In this document: positions 28,500-37,013 of the stretch, piece by piece
How the letters are laid out: the number at the start of each line of letters is the position of its first letter
How positions within the stretch are numbered: position 1 is the first letter of the stretch
Virus record (IMG/VR): IMGVR_UViG_3300017917_001940
Coordinates: 65,830-129,829 of that record
DNA length: 64,000 bases
DNA from: a virus
Reading direction: 5' to 3' (one strand)
The notes under the pieces: generated by a model
The model's input: the letters and a program-made list of their open reading frames with translations, nothing else
Told to the model about the DNA's origin: nothing
Database searches by the model: none
Made by a program: the position numbers and the translations under genes

Positions 28500-28720
28500 A
28501 TTATGCGATTGTGCAGTAACTGAGCAATCGTGTACAAAGAGGTCTTCGGAAAGCCTCTTCATTGACAAATGGTATTGACTGGGTTTAACAGTATATCGTT
28601 AGACAGAGTCCAGAGAGTATGGCAAGGAAGGCCCGAGGTCTGTCATTCTAAACTCCCCTTATGTCGATGTGCCCATTCCGGGATCCGGTGAAGAGCCCAC
28701 TATGGCTCAGGGAGAAGTAA
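28500..28720 (+). promoter_or_regulatory. long structured 5' leader of the cell-wall hydrolase gene
   Basis: TAAGTA at 28492; multiple hairpins; CTCCC(28653) can pair with the SD GGGAG(28710). Confidence 0.5.
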
Positions 28721-29341
28721 ATGAAAGTTAGAAGTTTATTAGTAGCTTTCTTGTTGCTAGGTAGTACAGCACAAGCCAGCGAACAGACAACAACTGACCG
28801 TGTAGTTGAACAAGCTCAATCCGTATTTGAGCGCACAATCAGTATTATTAGTAATCCATTTCCGTTCTTAACAGATCGTGAAATACAGTGTTTAGCTCGT
28901 AACATTTTCTATGAAAGTGCTAGTGAGCCAGAAGAAGGTAAAGTAGCCGTGGGTTTAGTAACTTTGAACCGTGCGGCGGACCCCCGATTTCCCAGCGATG
29001 TGTGCGGTGTTGTTAAGCAGAAAACACTTTTCACCCGAACCAAAACCGTGGTTAAAGAAACTACGGGATTCTTTGGACGCAAGGAAAAGATCAAAGAAAC
29101 AAAAACAGTAGAAACTCCAGTGTGCCAATTCAGCTGGAACTGTATCAGGGTTAAGAAGCCCAAGGAAGACGACGATCGTTGGATTGAAAGCCAGCGTATT
29201 GCACGTGAGTTGGCTGAAGGTGGATACGAGCATTATCGTGTCAAATATGCCGATGCCAAGCACTTCCATGCGGTGTATGTAAAACCCGGTTGGAACCTCA
29301 AACGTATTGCCAAGGTTGGCAACCACGTATTCTACGAATAA
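28721..29341 (+). CDS. cell wall hydrolase, SleB/Hydrolase_2 family
   Basis: Signal peptide; CLARNIFYES...VAVGLVTLNR...VCGVV...CQFSW...HVFY. Confidence 0.9.
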   Translation: MKVRSLLVAFLLLGSTAQASEQTTTDRVVEQAQSVFERTISIISNPFPFLTDREIQCLARNIFYESASEPEEGKVAVGLVTLNRAADPRFPSDVCGVVKQKTLFTRTKTVVKETTGFFGRKEKIKETKTVETPVCQFSWNCIRVKKPKEDDDRWIESQRIARELAEGGYEHYRVKYADAKHFHAVYVKPGWNLKRIAKVGNHVFYE

Positions 29342-29607
29342 TGTTAGTAGACGCTAGTCGATTAGATAGTTTAATTAAACAACTATCTGATTGGCTAGGT
29401 CCACCCACGGAAATAAATGTAGGACGTCCTGTGGGACTTTTGGGTTTGCCTAATAAAGCAAGATATCGTGGACCGGGATGGACCATCCACACGGATCAAC
29501 GCAGGTCCGGCGGTCAAATTTGGGTACAAGGTTATCTAACATTTGACAATCCAAAAATGGAAACCATGTATAGATTAAAATACACACCTGATCAAAACCG
29601 TACATAA
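29341..29607 (+). CDS. small protein, distant Fx[D/E]...LK[WFY] family member
   Basis: LTFDNPKMETMYRLKY. Confidence 0.6.
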   Translation: MLVDASRLDSLIKQLSDWLGPPTEINVGRPVGLLGLPNKARYRGPGWTIHTDQRRSGGQIWVQGYLTFDNPKMETMYRLKYTPDQNRT

Positions 29608-29615
29608 CTATAAAC

Positions 29616-30365
29616 ATGAATGTCGACAACTTTATAGTATTAGACTCCGTATACGGAAAATTTATTGTCCCCCGCAATAATCGATTTCAAGCCGAAGCGT
29701 TAGTCAAGACAGGACGCACACATATTGAAGGGGAGTTAAACAACCTCTTCGTTATTGCCAGTACATTATCTCATGATGCTATTATCATTGATGGTGGAAC
29801 TAACATTGGATTTGTAACTGTACCACTAGCACAAAAACTTCGACTTACAAATATTAAAATAATTGGCTTTGAACCACAACGTCAATTATTCAACGCACTA
29901 AGTGGAACACTAGCACTTAATGGTCTGACTAATTGTTATATTCATAACTGTGGTCTTGGAGAAAAGATAGGTAAAGCAACTTTACCTAATGTTGATTATT
30001 CTGTTGCCCAGGATTTTGGGATGGTACAAATTACGGAAAGTGATAGATCAGCTGAACATCTATACACAAGATATTTGGACATTGATGTCGTTACAATTGA
30101 TTCAATGAATTTACCAAGTCTTGATTTACTCAAATTAGATGTGGAGGGATTCGAATGTGCGGCTTTACGTGGGGCAAAGAAAACTATTAAAAAACATCGT
30201 CCGTGGGTTTGGGCAGAATATATCTTGTCCGGACCAGAAAATATCAAAGCGTGTTTTGATGGTATAAAAGATTATAAGTTTTTCAAAGTAGACGACCAAA
30301 ACATGCTCTGTGCTCCAACAGAACGTTTATCCCAAATACAAACAACAGAAATAGCCGAAGTTTAA
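29616..30365 (+). CDS. FkbM-family methyltransferase
   Basis: IIDGGTNIG, FEPQ, LLKLDVEGFE. Confidence 0.88.
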   Translation: MNVDNFIVLDSVYGKFIVPRNNRFQAEALVKTGRTHIEGELNNLFVIASTLSHDAIIIDGGTNIGFVTVPLAQKLRLTNIKIIGFEPQRQLFNALSGTLALNGLTNCYIHNCGLGEKIGKATLPNVDYSVAQDFGMVQITESDRSAEHLYTRYLDIDVVTIDSMNLPSLDLLKLDVEGFECAALRGAKKTIKKHRPWVWAEYILSGPENIKACFDGIKDYKFFKVDDQNMLCAPTERLSQIQTTEIAEV

Positions 30366-30369
30366 CCGG

Positions 30370-30398
30370 TTGACCAGAATCTCCTATTTTGCTATAAT
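30370..30398 (+). promoter_or_regulatory. sigma70-type early promoter
   Basis: TTGACC-N17-TATAAT. Confidence 0.85.
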
Positions 30399-30424
30399 TT
30401 TAGTATAGTGAATAGGAGATTTCT

Positions 30425-30652
30425 TTGACCATAACATATACCGCATCAGGTTTACGCAAGCTCACTCCAATGGACGAGGATTTTTGCATTGTCTCTGGCT
30501 ATGCTTATTACCCACGTGCTGTGATTACTTTTGGTCCTGGTTGTCCTGATGATGTTAAAAAAGCAGTACAATTAGCCATTATTAATGGTTGGATATCAAC
30601 TGAGGCATGGATGTCAGATAAAGAATATATGTGGGAGCAACTATCTAAATGA
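30425..30652 (+). CDS. hypothetical protein
   Basis: AGGAG RBS, TTG start. Confidence 0.7.
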   Translation: MTITYTASGLRKLTPMDEDFCIVSGYAYYPRAVITFGPGCPDDVKKAVQLAIINGWISTEAWMSDKEYMWEQLSK

Positions 30653-31035
30653 GCATGCACATGGAAGGACCGTGGTTAACTACCACTGGTAAGAAGAAGG
30701 GCAAAAAGCGTTGGGCTACTGCTGAACAAAAAGCCAAGGCTGAACGCTTGAATGAAAGCTGGACTGAGCTCAAGGCTAAATGGGGTGTTAGCGAACAGCC
30801 CAAGCGTCAGCAATGGCATACTAAAGAAACTCTTAAAGTGGGTCCTAAGTATCCGCCCGGGCGTGAGCCACAAGAAATTAAGAGCTTGGATACTGGATGG
30901 GGTGTTTGTGCCAAACCCGCTGATAAGTTTTACACTGGTACCAAGTGTAAAGGTGTAGGCACCATGCACAAGTCAAATGCTGTGCCTATTTTTTCAGATG
31001 AAGAGGCAGTAGACATTTCCAAGATGAGGCGATAA
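30649..31035 (+). CDS. conserved T4-like hypothetical protein
   Basis: YTGTKCKGVGTMHKSNAVPIFS...DISKMRR. Confidence 0.8.
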   Translation: MSMHMEGPWLTTTGKKKGKKRWATAEQKAKAERLNESWTELKAKWGVSEQPKRQQWHTKETLKVGPKYPPGREPQEIKSLDTGWGVCAKPADKFYTGTKCKGVGTMHKSNAVPIFSDEEAVDISKMRR

Positions 31036-31036
31036 A

Positions 31037-31456
31037 ATGTTTAATGCATTACCTCTATTCAATGAACTATTTGAATACAACGGAGAAAAGGAAACTACAG
31101 TGATAAGACCCACATGTATCAATCATGGATGTAATAAACCGGTCACAAGTAGTGGCAAACGATGGAGACCTGTTTGCGGTCATTGCCACTGTGCAGGATA
31201 CGGTGCTGGTAATTTTGCGTCTGGAGTAACTCCATTTAGAACTGGCAAGTGTTCTAACACAGATGGTCATCTGGGTTTTCCATGTTATATAGATTGGAAA
31301 CGGGTGAAAAAAGATGGTGCAAAAATTAAAACTCACATTGATCATAAGGATGGAAACTATCTTAACAATGTGCTAGAAAATGTTGAAGAATTATGTGAAA
31401 CCTGTCATTCAGAAAAAGGCAAAAGGAATGGCGATTATTCTGGGTTCAGATATTAA
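31037..31456 (+). CDS. HNH endonuclease with a zinc finger
   Basis: CGHC; HIDHKDGN...NVEELCETCH. Confidence 0.82.
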   Translation: MFNALPLFNELFEYNGEKETTVIRPTCINHGCNKPVTSSGKRWRPVCGHCHCAGYGAGNFASGVTPFRTGKCSNTDGHLGFPCYIDWKRVKKDGAKIKTHIDHKDGNYLNNVLENVEELCETCHSEKGKRNGDYSGFRY

Positions 31457-31458
31457 TC

Positions 31459-31466
31459 TATAAATA
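31459..31466 (+). promoter_or_regulatory. T4-type late promoter motif
   Basis: TATAAATA upstream of infA. TAAATA/TAAGTA also precedes ORFs at 2701, 32701, 34274, 39272, 41585, 42881, 49231, 52178, 58445, 59433, 61009 and 61998, and on the minus strand at 13241, 14291, 47724 and 49112. Confidence 0.7.
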
Positions 31467-31501
31467 ATCTACCTATATTACGAAAGGACTAAACGCAACA
31501 C

Positions 31502-31720
31502 GTGGCTAAAGAAGAAGGTTTTAAAATGGAAGGCGAGGTAATCGATGTGTTACCTAACGCTATGTTCCGCATCAAATTAGATGTATCCGACGTTCCTGTA
31601 ACAGGAGTTATTTCAGGAAAAATGCGCCAGCATAATATTAAAATTCTCTTAGGCGATCGTGTTGAAATTGAGTTTAGTCCGTACGACTTAACCCGTGGGC
31701 GTATTACACGTAGACGATGA
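31502..31720 (+). CDS. infA: translation initiation factor IF-1
   Basis: [13 protein letters not shown]...ISGKMR...ILLGDRV...[10 protein letters not shown]. Confidence 0.95.
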   Translation: MAKEEGFKMEGEVIDVLPNAMFRIKLDVSDVPVTGVISGKMRQHNIKILLGDRVEIEFSPYDLTRGRITRRR

Positions 31721-32700
31721 GCGTTGATTTTCCAGAATTTCTCAAAGACTCTTTAGTTACTCGGCACGGTAGCATTGTCTCTAATGTTGAATTTCCTTAC
31801 TTTAATAACAGTCTTGTTGATTTTATAAATCAATTTGGTAGTTTATATTATGGGACATTATATAAAAGAATATTCTTAGAAAAATTTAGTAGCGAAAAGA
31901 CATATTTTTTAAATATGTTAATCAATGCAACTGAAGTTAAAGAGTTATATCAACCTCTATGGTTTAAGCAACATCTGTTAAGACAAAGAATTACGGATGT
32001 ATGGAGATGGCCTTGTTTAATCAATGAAATCACTAACAATTTGTATTGGAATAACGGGCACGGAAGATTTTTTGCTGAAGGAATGACGCAACCTACACCT
32101 TGGGACAAATTAAATGTGTTGCTATTGCAAGATAAAGAGTCGGCACCTGACAAATTCTTAAGTTCATCGCAGACGATTGAAAGCGACGAAGATTTACATA
32201 ATATTATTAATATTGAGTATCCAGGTAATCAAGCCTTTCCGCCTAGCATTAATATTTCTTTAAAGCACAAAAATAATTGTTTACTTCTTGAAAGTTTGTA
32301 TGATGGTAATCGAAGTCATAATACAGATGCTGGAAAAAATTATCTTGAAGATTTTATAAATTGGAAATCTAAGTATGGTTCACACCCCCGCCTCTGGATT
32401 TACACTGATTGGCCCGAACAAGTACAAGATAGTTCAAATTATTGGGAAATCATACACGCTGGACCAGCGGCAGGAAACACATTAAAAGAAGCATTCATAT
32501 ACAATTATCACAATAGTCCTGCACACGGCAATGATCATGTACTATATGTGTACAATCCTCGATCCATTGATGTAAGTGACTTACTGTGTTGGGTAGGATT
32601 GGCATTTTCTAGCTATATTAGCACAAATTGGGATTTTGCATTAGTTCGACCAGACCACTCTTATAAAACCTCGCGATTTGAATTCGGTTACATTGAATAA
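31717..32700 (+). CDS. hypothetical protein
   Basis: 327 aa; NGHGRF segment is weakly ParB-like. Confidence 0.7.
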   Translation: MSVDFPEFLKDSLVTRHGSIVSNVEFPYFNNSLVDFINQFGSLYYGTLYKRIFLEKFSSEKTYFLNMLINATEVKELYQPLWFKQHLLRQRITDVWRWPCLINEITNNLYWNNGHGRFFAEGMTQPTPWDKLNVLLLQDKESAPDKFLSSSQTIESDEDLHNIINIEYPGNQAFPPSINISLKHKNNCLLLESLYDGNRSHNTDAGKNYLEDFINWKSKYGSHPRLWIYTDWPEQVQDSSNYWEIIHAGPAAGNTLKEAFIYNYHNSPAHGNDHVLYVYNPRSIDVSDLLCWVGLAFSSYISTNWDFALVRPDHSYKTSRFEFGYIE

Positions 32701-32710
32701 TAAATATCAT

Positions 32711-33271
32711 ATGTCCTCCACAGATTACATTAGACAGCAAATCGATTTAATCGAAGCAACCACTCGTCCAGCCAAACTGGAAACAACTCCATTGCCATAT
32801 GGTGAAAAGGATTTGGATCCTGTAATGAGCAAAGCAACTATCGATTATCACTATGAGCACTTGGCCAAGGGCTATGCCAAACGCTATAACGCAGGTGAGG
32901 GCAACGCTGATTTCAATCGTGCTGGAAGTTTCTTACATAATAAATTCTTCCCACAACTTCGTGCTCCTAAAGGTGCAAACAAGCCCAAGGGTGCGGTACT
33001 AGAACTTATTGAATCAAACTTCAAAACCTACGAAGATTTCAAAGAAGCTGTGAAGAAAGAATTTATGTCCATTCAGGGAAGCGGTTGGTGCTACCTATCA
33101 ACGGCAGGAACGATTAAAACTATTGCTAATCACGCTGTGAGAACAGACATAGCACTTTTAATTGACGCCTGGGAACATGCATGGGCGATCGACCACCAAT
33201 GGAACAAAGAGGCTTATTTTGATAACATCTGGAAAATTATCAATTGGGATGTCGTGAATGAGCGTCTATGA
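32711..33271 (+). CDS. sod: Fe/Mn superoxide dismutase with an N-terminal extension
   Basis: LPY...YHY, GSGW, DAWEHAW, INWDVV; extra leader MSSTDYIRQQIDLIEA. Confidence 0.92.
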   Translation: MSSTDYIRQQIDLIEATTRPAKLETTPLPYGEKDLDPVMSKATIDYHYEHLAKGYAKRYNAGEGNADFNRAGSFLHNKFFPQLRAPKGANKPKGAVLELIESNFKTYEDFKEAVKKEFMSIQGSGWCYLSTAGTIKTIANHAVRTDIALLIDAWEHAWAIDHQWNKEAYFDNIWKIINWDVVNERL

Positions 33272-33924
33272 GTATCTACTTACTTGTTAAAACTCATGCA
33301 AAAACAGGATTGAAATATCTTTGTAAAACCTCCCGGCGGGACTATTACAAATATAAAGGTTCTGGTCTTTACTGGAAAGATCACTTAAAAATACACGGAA
33401 CAGAACATCATACAGAATTATTAAAAGAATGTCATACTAACGAAGAATTAAGACAATGGGGTAGATATTATAGCACATTATGGAACGTAGTTGAAGCCAA
33501 AGATACCAATGGCAAAAAACTTTGGGCAAATCTTGTGCCTGAGGAAGGACAAGGAATACCTGGCGACATAGGAAGAATAATTCAAAATCGACCAGAGGTA
33601 AAATCCAAAAATATTGCTGGAGTTAAAAAGTTTTATGCCGATAATCCTCAAGCGAGAGAAGCACATAGAATTAGGGCACTCACAGACAATCCAATGAATA
33701 AACCCGGAGTGAGAGAAAAACACAAGAGTGTTGTTTCTGAATCTAACACCGGGATAAAAAATAATAGTTGTGATTTAAGATTACATACCTTCAAACACAT
33801 CACCGGTATTGTTGAAACTTGTACACAAAATGAGTTAAAAAAGAAATACAATTTGAAAAAATGTGGAATAAGCCAGTTGGTTAATGGACACAAAAATTTT
33901 GCATATGGATGGATTTTATTATGA
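33268..33924 (+). mobile_element. Seg-like GIY-YIG homing endonuclease gene
   Basis: IYLLVKTH..TGLKYLCKT...YKGSG.YW...NLVPEEGQG; overlaps both neighbours. Confidence 0.75.
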
Positions 33925-34244
33925 TACTAGAACCATCAGCAGTGACAAAATTAAAAGACATTTTGGCAGAAGAAAATAACCCTAATTTAAAACTGCGTGT
34001 ATTTGTTCAAGGTGGTGGATGCTCAGGATTCCAATATGGGTTTACACTAGACGAAGATCAAGCAGAAGATGACATGGACCTAGAATACAGTGGAGTCCAT
34101 GTGCTAATTGACTCAATGAGTTGGACTTATTTACAGGGTTCAACTATCAAATATGATGATAGTCCAATGGGTTCGAGCTTTACCATAGCCAATCCAAACG
34201 CACAGTCAACCTGCGGTTGCGGTAGCAGTTTTAGTCCTTACTGA
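33921..34244 (+). CDS. A-type Fe-S carrier (IscA/HesB/ErpA family)
   Basis: LRVFVQGGGCSGFQY...NPNAQSTCGCGSSF. Confidence 0.95.
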   Translation: MILEPSAVTKLKDILAEENNPNLKLRVFVQGGGCSGFQYGFTLDEDQAEDDMDLEYSGVHVLIDSMSWTYLQGSTIKYDDSPMGSSFTIANPNAQSTCGCGSSFSPY

Positions 34245-34299
34245 TCTACATTTAAATAGCCATAGAACTTTGGTAAATACTACCAGAGGATCTAATTTT

Positions 34300-36360
34300 A
34301 TGGCTCAAAAAAATATTACTACAGCACCTGTGAATTCAGGCCTAGGCACGCCCTTAAACACAGCATTTAATGATTGTAATGATAATTTCACTGAGCTATA
34401 TAATCGCGTACAAACAAATCCACCAGCAACTTTAATAGGAAGTGTTGGCGATACTGCTGGTATGTATGCTTTTGATTCAAATTATTTTTATTACTGTTTT
34501 GCTAACTACAATGGATCTAGTGTTATCTGGGCTCAGGTTAGTCAAATTGGTAATATTGCTGTGCCTGCTATTAATAATGGTAACAGTAATGTTGCTGTTA
34601 ACGGCGATGGCGGCGATGTTACAGTATCTATTGGTGGCACTCCAAACGTTGTTTTAGTTACATCATCTGGAATAAGCACCATAGGCGATGTTACAGGCGC
34701 CAATGTATACGGTATAATTTCCACTCCAACTCAATCATTAATTACTTCTCTTGGTACTTTAACTAATTTAAATGTTTCAGGAAATATTGTTACCGGTAAC
34801 ATTGAATCTCTTGGAAATGTCATAGGTGATGTTAATGTAATCGGTGGAAATATTTTAACGGCTGGCATTGTTAGTGCTACAGCCAATATTACCGGTAATT
34901 ATTTTATTGGAAATGGTAGTCAATTAACTGGATTACCGCAAAGTTATAGCAACGCCAATGTGGCTAGTTATTTGACCACTTATACAGGAAATATTGCCGG
35001 CGGCAATATTGCAATAACTTCGGCAATAACTAGTGCAACTGTTAGCACCACCGGTAATGTTACAGGCGGAAATATTCTAACTGGTGGAAAAGTAAGCGCC
35101 GCAGGTAATGTACTAACGGCAGGCAAAGTAAGTGCTGTTGGTAACATTGAAACCTCTGGATATTTTGTTGGAACATTCGTTGGTAACGTAACAGGTAACT
35201 TTGTTGTGCCAGGATCTAACACACAAGTTATTTTCAATACCAGTGGTAATGCTGACGCTGTTGCAGGATTTACATACAATAAAGATTCAAATACCATGAT
35301 CGTACTGGGCGTGGTTAGTGCCCAAGGTAATGTTGTTGCCGGAAATGTTTTAACTGGTGGTTTGATATCTGTTACAGGTAATATCACAGGCGGCAATTTA
35401 AAAACTAACGGAACTACAATTAGTACAAATATCACTACTGGTGGATTAGTTAGTGCCACCGGCAATGTCACCGGTGGAAATATTTTATCATCGAGTCTTA
35501 TAAGTGCCAGTGCTAATATTGTAGGTGGTAATTTCAATACTGCTGGATTAATCAGCGCCACAGGTAACATTGTATCCTCTGGAAATATTTCTGGTGGTAA
35601 CATAACCGGAACATTAACCACAGCAAGTCAACCTAATATTACATTAATAGGAACATTATCGACTTTATCCGTGACTGGTAATGTCACTAGCAATTACACA
35701 AGTTCACTTGGTCATATCGGAACACTTGTTAGCGTAACTGGCAACGTAACTGGAGGTAATTTATTAACAGGTGGCTATATTAGCGCCTCTGGAAGTATTT
35801 TAGGTAATGCTATAGTATCAGCAACCGGTAACATTACAGGTGGTAACATTATCGGTGGCGGAGTAAGTGCGGTAAGCAACGTAACAGGTGGAAACGTTTT
35901 AACTAGTGGTATTGTTAGCGGTGCTGGTAATATTATCGGCGGCAACTTTAGAACAGCTGGATTAGTTAGTGCCACCGGCAACATAACTGGTAATTATATC
36001 TTTGGTAATATTAGTCAGGCCACTGGATATAATACTACAAAAATTTATAATGGTACCAGCGAAGCTAATATTGGAACTAGCAATGGCAATGCCAATATCA
36101 GCATCAATGGAACAAGTAACGTAGTTGTGGTTGCTTCAACTGGCTTATATGTAACCGGTCTTGGCAGTGTAACTGGAAACATCACTGGTGGTAATATTAT
36201 TGCTACAGGTAATTTATATTATAACAGTACTACAAAAGTAACAAGAAGTTTAACAGTTGGTACACGAACATCACCAGTAACTATTGCGTTAACTGCTAGT
36301 GGAAGTTTTAACGTATTAACTAGAGGTAGTGGTAACGTGGCGGTAACAACGTCTACGTAA
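34300..36360 (+). CDS. tail fibre / virion structural protein with Gly-Asn-Thr-rich repeats
   Basis: N-terminal SGLGTPLNTAFNDCNDNFTELY; many GGxxSAxGNxTGGN repeats. Confidence 0.8.
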   Translation: MAQKNITTAPVNSGLGTPLNTAFNDCNDNFTELYNRVQTNPPATLIGSVGDTAGMYAFDSNYFYYCFANYNGSSVIWAQVSQIGNIAVPAINNGNSNVAVNGDGGDVTVSIGGTPNVVLVTSSGISTIGDVTGANVYGIISTPTQSLITSLGTLTNLNVSGNIVTGNIESLGNVIGDVNVIGGNILTAGIVSATANITGNYFIGNGSQLTGLPQSYSNANVASYLTTYTGNIAGGNIAITSAITSATVSTTGNVTGGNILTGGKVSAAGNVLTAGKVSAVGNIETSGYFVGTFVGNVTGNFVVPGSNTQVIFNTSGNADAVAGFTYNKDSNTMIVLGVVSAQGNVVAGNVLTGGLISVTGNITGGNLKTNGTTISTNITTGGLVSATGNVTGGNILSSSLISASANIVGGNFNTAGLISATGNIVSSGNISGGNITGTLTTASQPNITLIGTLSTLSVTGNVTSNYTSSLGHIGTLVSVTGNVTGGNLLTGGYISASGSILGNAIVSATGNITGGNIIGGGVSAVSNVTGGNVLTSGIVSGAGNIIGGNFRTAGLVSATGNITGNYIFGNISQATGYNTTKIYNGTSEANIGTSNGNANISINGTSNVVVVASTGLYVTGLGSVTGNITGGNIIATGNLYYNSTTKVTRSLTVGTRTSPVTIALTASGSFNVLTRGSGNVAVTTST
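34780..36230 (+). repeat. degenerate ~17 aa (51 nt) coding repeat
   Basis: TGGLVSATGNVTGGNIL-type units recurring through the fibre. Confidence 0.75.
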
Positions 36361-36384
36361 AATTTTTAGAATTGGAATAAAAAA

Positions 36385-37011
36385 ATGACAGCATGGTTTC
36401 CATTAATAATCAATACAGGTAGTAGTCAAATTCAAGAACTACCAAGTGGACAAGACCTGGATTTAACAGGTAGTAATATTTCGGCCGTTACAAATGTCAC
36501 AGCCAGTGGAACAATAACAGTTAACAGCGGCAATGCCACTGTTGCTATTTCTAACGGTGGAGCAAATGCTGTTGGGAACATTGGTAGTTCAACCAAATAC
36601 TTTAATACGGTGTTCGCCACAGCATCAACGGCACTTTATGCTGACTTAGCAGAGAAATATCTAGCTGATGCTGACTACGAACCCGGAACGGTATTGAGCT
36701 TTGGTGGATCTGCTGAAGTTACTGTTAGCACAACAGATGCTGATTCAATGGTTGCCGGAGTTGTGTCAACACAACCTGCGTATCAAATGAATTCTGGTCT
36801 TAGCGGAGATCATGTAGTATCATTGGCATTGGTTGGGCGTGTACCGTGTAAGGTACAAGGCGCAATCAGACGTGGCGCGATGTTAGTTTCTGCAGGCAAC
36901 GGACGTGCCCGCGAACAAGCAAAACCAGAAATTGGCACAGTAATTGGTAAGGCATTAGAGTCATTTGATGGCGACAAAGGAGTAATTGAAGTTGTTGTCG
37001 GAAGGTTGTAA
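36385..37011 (+). CDS. tail-associated protein with a C-terminal intramolecular-chaperone/peptidase-like domain
   Basis: YADLAEKY...YEPGTV...GVVST.PAY.MN...LVGRVPCKV...GKALE. Confidence 0.7.
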   Translation: MTAWFPLIINTGSSQIQELPSGQDLDLTGSNISAVTNVTASGTITVNSGNATVAISNGGANAVGNIGSSTKYFNTVFATASTALYADLAEKYLADADYEPGTVLSFGGSAEVTVSTTDADSMVAGVVSTQPAYQMNSGLSGDHVVSLALVGRVPCKVQGAIRRGAMLVSAGNGRAREQAKPEIGTVIGKALESFDGDKGVIEVVVGRL

Positions 37012-37013
37012 TC

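Noticed and set aside
34442-35984. Antisense and off-frame ORFs within the fibre gene (e.g. 34980-35621 minus)
   Set aside because: Shadow ORFs produced by the biased repeat codons
34780-36230. Tail-fibre repeats as a diversity-generating retroelement template or CRISPR-like array
   Set aside because: The repeats are degenerate in-frame protein repeats; no reverse transcriptase or adenine-specific TR/VR pair seen
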